64,000 nt of DNA, from assembly GCA_964188305.1 (NCBI GenBank), contig OZ076895.1. One strand, written 5' to 3'. Position numbers and translations under genes: made by a program. Position 1 is the stretch's first letter; every line of letters starts with the position of its first letter. The notes beneath the pieces were generated by a model. That model ran no database searches and was not told where the DNA came from. It worked only from the letters and a program-made list of their open reading frames with translations. Positions 60,490-64,000 of this stretch are shown piece by piece. Source of the stretch: Podarcis bocagei. Its lineage: Eukaryota.

Positions 60490-60905
60490 TGCTTTAGCAG
60501 CATCAAAGTGCTGGTGTCTGCAAACCTGGGCAGTGTGTATGTTGGTCCTAGGCTGCCTGGATGACATGACCCACCCATCCCTGGCTTTGCTGATATGGTC
60601 CAAAGGGAAGGAAAGCAATACATTTGCACCAGCTTGGCTGTAGGAGTTGTCAGAAAGAGGTGTTCTGTATCAGAGGCCATCAAACCACCCTAGAGAATCT
60701 ACTCTGGATTTGTGTAGGATTTACTCCTTAGCCATTTATTCTCCCAAAGATGTCCTGCACTCATTCCAAAACCTTTATCAGAAATGAGTGTAGCTGTGAG
60801 GCAACAGAGTTTTAGGATCAGAGTTTTCCTTCTCCTAGATGGGCTACCTTTCCAGGTTGATGAGCCCCATCTGCCCCTCACGTCCCTCTACAGCATGTGA
60901 AGAAA
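60490..60905 (-). mobile_element. RTE-derived element, 5'-UTR region
   Basis: Reverse complement ggggcagatggggctcatcaacctggaaaggtagcccatctaggagaaggaaaactctgatcctaaaac is an RTE 5'-UTR motif; homologous to 20330-20560. Confidence 0.65.
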
Positions 60906-61564
60906 CCAGCTTCTAAATGACTTTGCTGGGACCACAAATCTGTTTCCCCCGGATTGCTGTGCTTTAATATGCTTTCTTTCAGCATGAATTATGAGTGTGA
61001 TTAAAGTATTTAGGTGAATGAATGATGATATTATGATTAATTGCAATGCATGGAATGCCTCTCCTTACAGCTCCATAGTGGAAATAAATTATAGTGAATT
61101 TAAGATAAAAACTCTCTTGTTGTACCAGGGAGTGAAATAGTTCATTTTGGGTTATGGTGGTTTGATATTTCTAATGAATTTAAAGGAAACAGAGCTTAAA
61201 TTGACCATCCCTCAATAGGGTGTTTCATTTTAGGAAGTAGAATGTAATTTTTGCAAATTTCTTCAGTGAGGTATCTTAAAAAATATGTTTTTGGGTGTGA
61301 GGGATCATTTTTGTGATGGGACAACATTTGGCTTGGTAAATTTACATTTGATTGAAAAGCACATAAACTATGTAAAATGTAATATAATATGTGTATGCAT
61401 AGTATGTATGTCTAGTATGTAATTATAAAAAAACCAATAAAGATCATATTTTTTAAAAAGCACATAAACTGTTCTCGGAAAGCCAAAGAATGTCAGGGAA
61501 TGCTATAAAAATGTTAGTTTCTCTGCATAAAACTAAGCATACCACATGACCTGGGGCACTCAGA

Positions 61565-61645
61565 GCAGGCATCTGATTGGCCACTATGAAAACAGGATGC
61601 TGGACTAGATGGGAGATTGGCCTGATCCAGCAGGCTCTTCTTAAC
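61565..61645 (+). mobile_element. CR1 3' end
   Basis: ggcatctgattggccactatgaaaacaggatgctggactagatggg...ctgatccagcaggctcttctta. Confidence 0.8.
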
Positions 61646-62301
61646 CTTCATTTCAAATATTGGTGGGAGCTTCTTCAGGAAATGTCCTATAATTTAGAGC
61701 ATATCAGTTGCAGTGGAAACTCTGAGTTGTGCCATGGTAGGCAAGTAATAGCCTGTTCCCAGGCAGGGGAGATGAAGCTGTGACCTTGCCCTTCTTGCCA
61801 TGTATTAAGAGACAAAGACTAAAATGAATAATCCAAACACCTGGGTGGACTGACACTAGAGTTTATGCAGATTTAGAAATTGTAAGGGAAAAGATGTAAT
61901 GACAACTAATTTTAAACACACACACACACCTACAGATCTGTTGCCATTTTCTGAAGCAGATTGTGAAACACTATCAGAATGCACATTGTTAAAGGTAGAA
62001 GTTCAGGCACAACTACTTATATGATTCCTATAGTGAAAAAGTCTAGCTTTCCATTTCCAATAGCTATAACTCTATGGACTAAACCCCCACCCCACCCCAC
62101 CACTCTTTAAAGGACTTGGAAAATACAATTCATTTCTGATCATTCAGTGCTGGCATTTCCAATACACTTACAAAAGTGGAAAATTCAGCAAATATTTAGA
62201 AGAAAGTTTAAGCTGCCTTATATTGAAGTCTTTAGTCACTGTCACTTCATAGTCTTCAGGCTATTCGTACCAAAAATATTTGCTTTTATAGGGAATTTAA
62301 T

Positions 62302-62303
<2 letters not shown>

Positions 62304-62344
<41 letters not shown>

Positions 62345-62379
62345 TCCCTCTCCCTCTCCCTCTCCCTCTCCCCCCCCCT
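62304..62379. repeat. (CT)n/(CCCTCT)n microsatellite
   Basis: Seen directly. Confidence 0.95.
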
Positions 62380-64000
62380 CTGTTTGTGCATGTGTGTCAG
62401 TGTAAGCAAGTCAAAAAGTTTGCAGATTTCCACCCCACCACTACCCAGTAAAGAGCCTTGAGCTGATAATGGACAACTACATTTGTTTTGATATGCTATT
62501 AGATTTCTGCAGAAAATGAGAAAAATGTTACATATGGTTTGTTAAGGACATTTTACTGCTATATCCGTTGCAATAATTTAAATTCACTATGTAAAAGCAC
62601 TGTTAGACATTGCCTCTAGTCTAAATAAGTGTGGTGCAGTACTCTAAAACAGCAAACCAGAATAGTTATTTCTCAAGAGATTCCTACATAAATGGAAAGT
62701 GTCCCACACATATATGGGATAAGTTATTTAATAGGTCAAAAAGAAAAGAGCATTTACTGTATGTTGTCTGTGGACAATCACATATAAACAAGCAAGAGAG
62801 AGAAAAAATCCTAAACAATATTATAAACTGTTCTTGGAGCAGAAAGATTTTGGTTGAACTGCAAGGCTGTTTCTGATGAATGAGAGAACTAGTGTGTCAA
62901 AATAACATTTTAAAATTTTTAAATAGAAGTAAAAGGAAAAAAAATCACTAATTATAAATCAACATAATATAATTACTAGAAACTCTTTTGAAAATTTAGT
63001 CCCCTGTGTTTGAGAACATTTTAAAAAGATTAAATCAAACTACCTGCTAGCTGTATGTGGATTCCAATTGTTATTATTATTGGCCAAACTGAAAGGATAT
63101 ATAGCCATTTAATTAACCCTCATACAAGAGCTAAGTATAATCCTTATTTAATCAAGGAGTCTATGGAAGCAGAGAACTTGAGTGGTCTACTGTAGGCAAT
63201 AATGTGAGACTGTGACCATCTAAAGTCTACAGAAGGTGGTGGTGATGAAGACATTGTACCTTGCTTTTCCAACAAGTGGCCTGGGGTGGGGAGGCCACTC
63301 TGTGTTTGCTTGTTTTTCCTATCTTGACAGGCAACCCTGAAATGGAGATTGTGATGAAACAATCCTGAATGCGTGGATGGAAGCATAAATGACACCACTG
63401 ATCACAGTTGATAACAGGATTTCAGGTAGCTGGTTGTATGAGTTTACAATACCCTATACTCTTTCTTCTAGACAACTGGGGAATAAGTCACAATGTGTAA
63501 TTTTACACTTAACATTAAGGGTAATATAAAGGCAGCACACTATTCTGATGTATCTTATCTATAACAATTACAAAGAACTTTCAGCCTTAAACTGCTAAAT
63601 GGTAGAGCCTGGAGAAACAGGAAATCTTGGCACAATGGGAATATTTTTAAAAATAGTATTTTGAAGTAATATGGACACTTTTCAAACAATTCGGCTACAA
63701 GAGGCCTTCATGCAAAAGTACACATCAATTTTGTACACAGTCACTTTAGCTGGTTACATCATGAACTATATTTAGAAGGTCTCCGGTGTAACCATGGAAA
63801 CTGCTTCTTGCTTAAGCTACTGCATTAATTCAATCAACATAAGATGAGGGTATAGAAATACTTTAGAGCATTTATAGAACACTTTCTCCCAATTGTCAAA
63901 AATGAGACAATTATGTGTAGGCGGTAAGTTTTTCTGTTTATTTATGCTAATGTGATTGTAAAAAATGGGGAATATTGACATTTTTTAATATATTGTTTTC

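Overview
This is eukaryotic vertebrate DNA, almost certainly from a squamate reptile and plausibly a lacertid lizard. The evidence is the repeat content: BovB/RTE, CR1, L2, Rex1/Babar, L1-clade and Penelope retroelements, squamate tRNA-SINEs and many hAT/Tigger MITEs. I recognise no host protein-coding gene. The only long ORF (9115-11034) is a 5'-truncated, still-open L1-clade ORF2 with a 20-bp target-site duplication (TSD). A GC/CpG-enriched, promoter-like region at ~6.0-7.3 kb appears to fire leftwards, with a candidate first exon and a speculative spliced 71-aa ORF. The rest looks like a gene-poor regulatory region, with several repeat-free blocks rich in homeobox motifs. The most striking structure is at 30.4-31.95 kb: an inverted BovB insertion, followed by a Penelope-like element in a (TA)n tract whose 296-bp inverted arms each carry a minimal hammerhead ribozyme core. 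Also notable: a young hAT MITE carrying telomeric TTAGGG repeats, a solo LTR inserted into a MITE's terminal repeat, and CR1-tailed SINEs with different tRNA heads. Family names come from motif recall, not from database searches.
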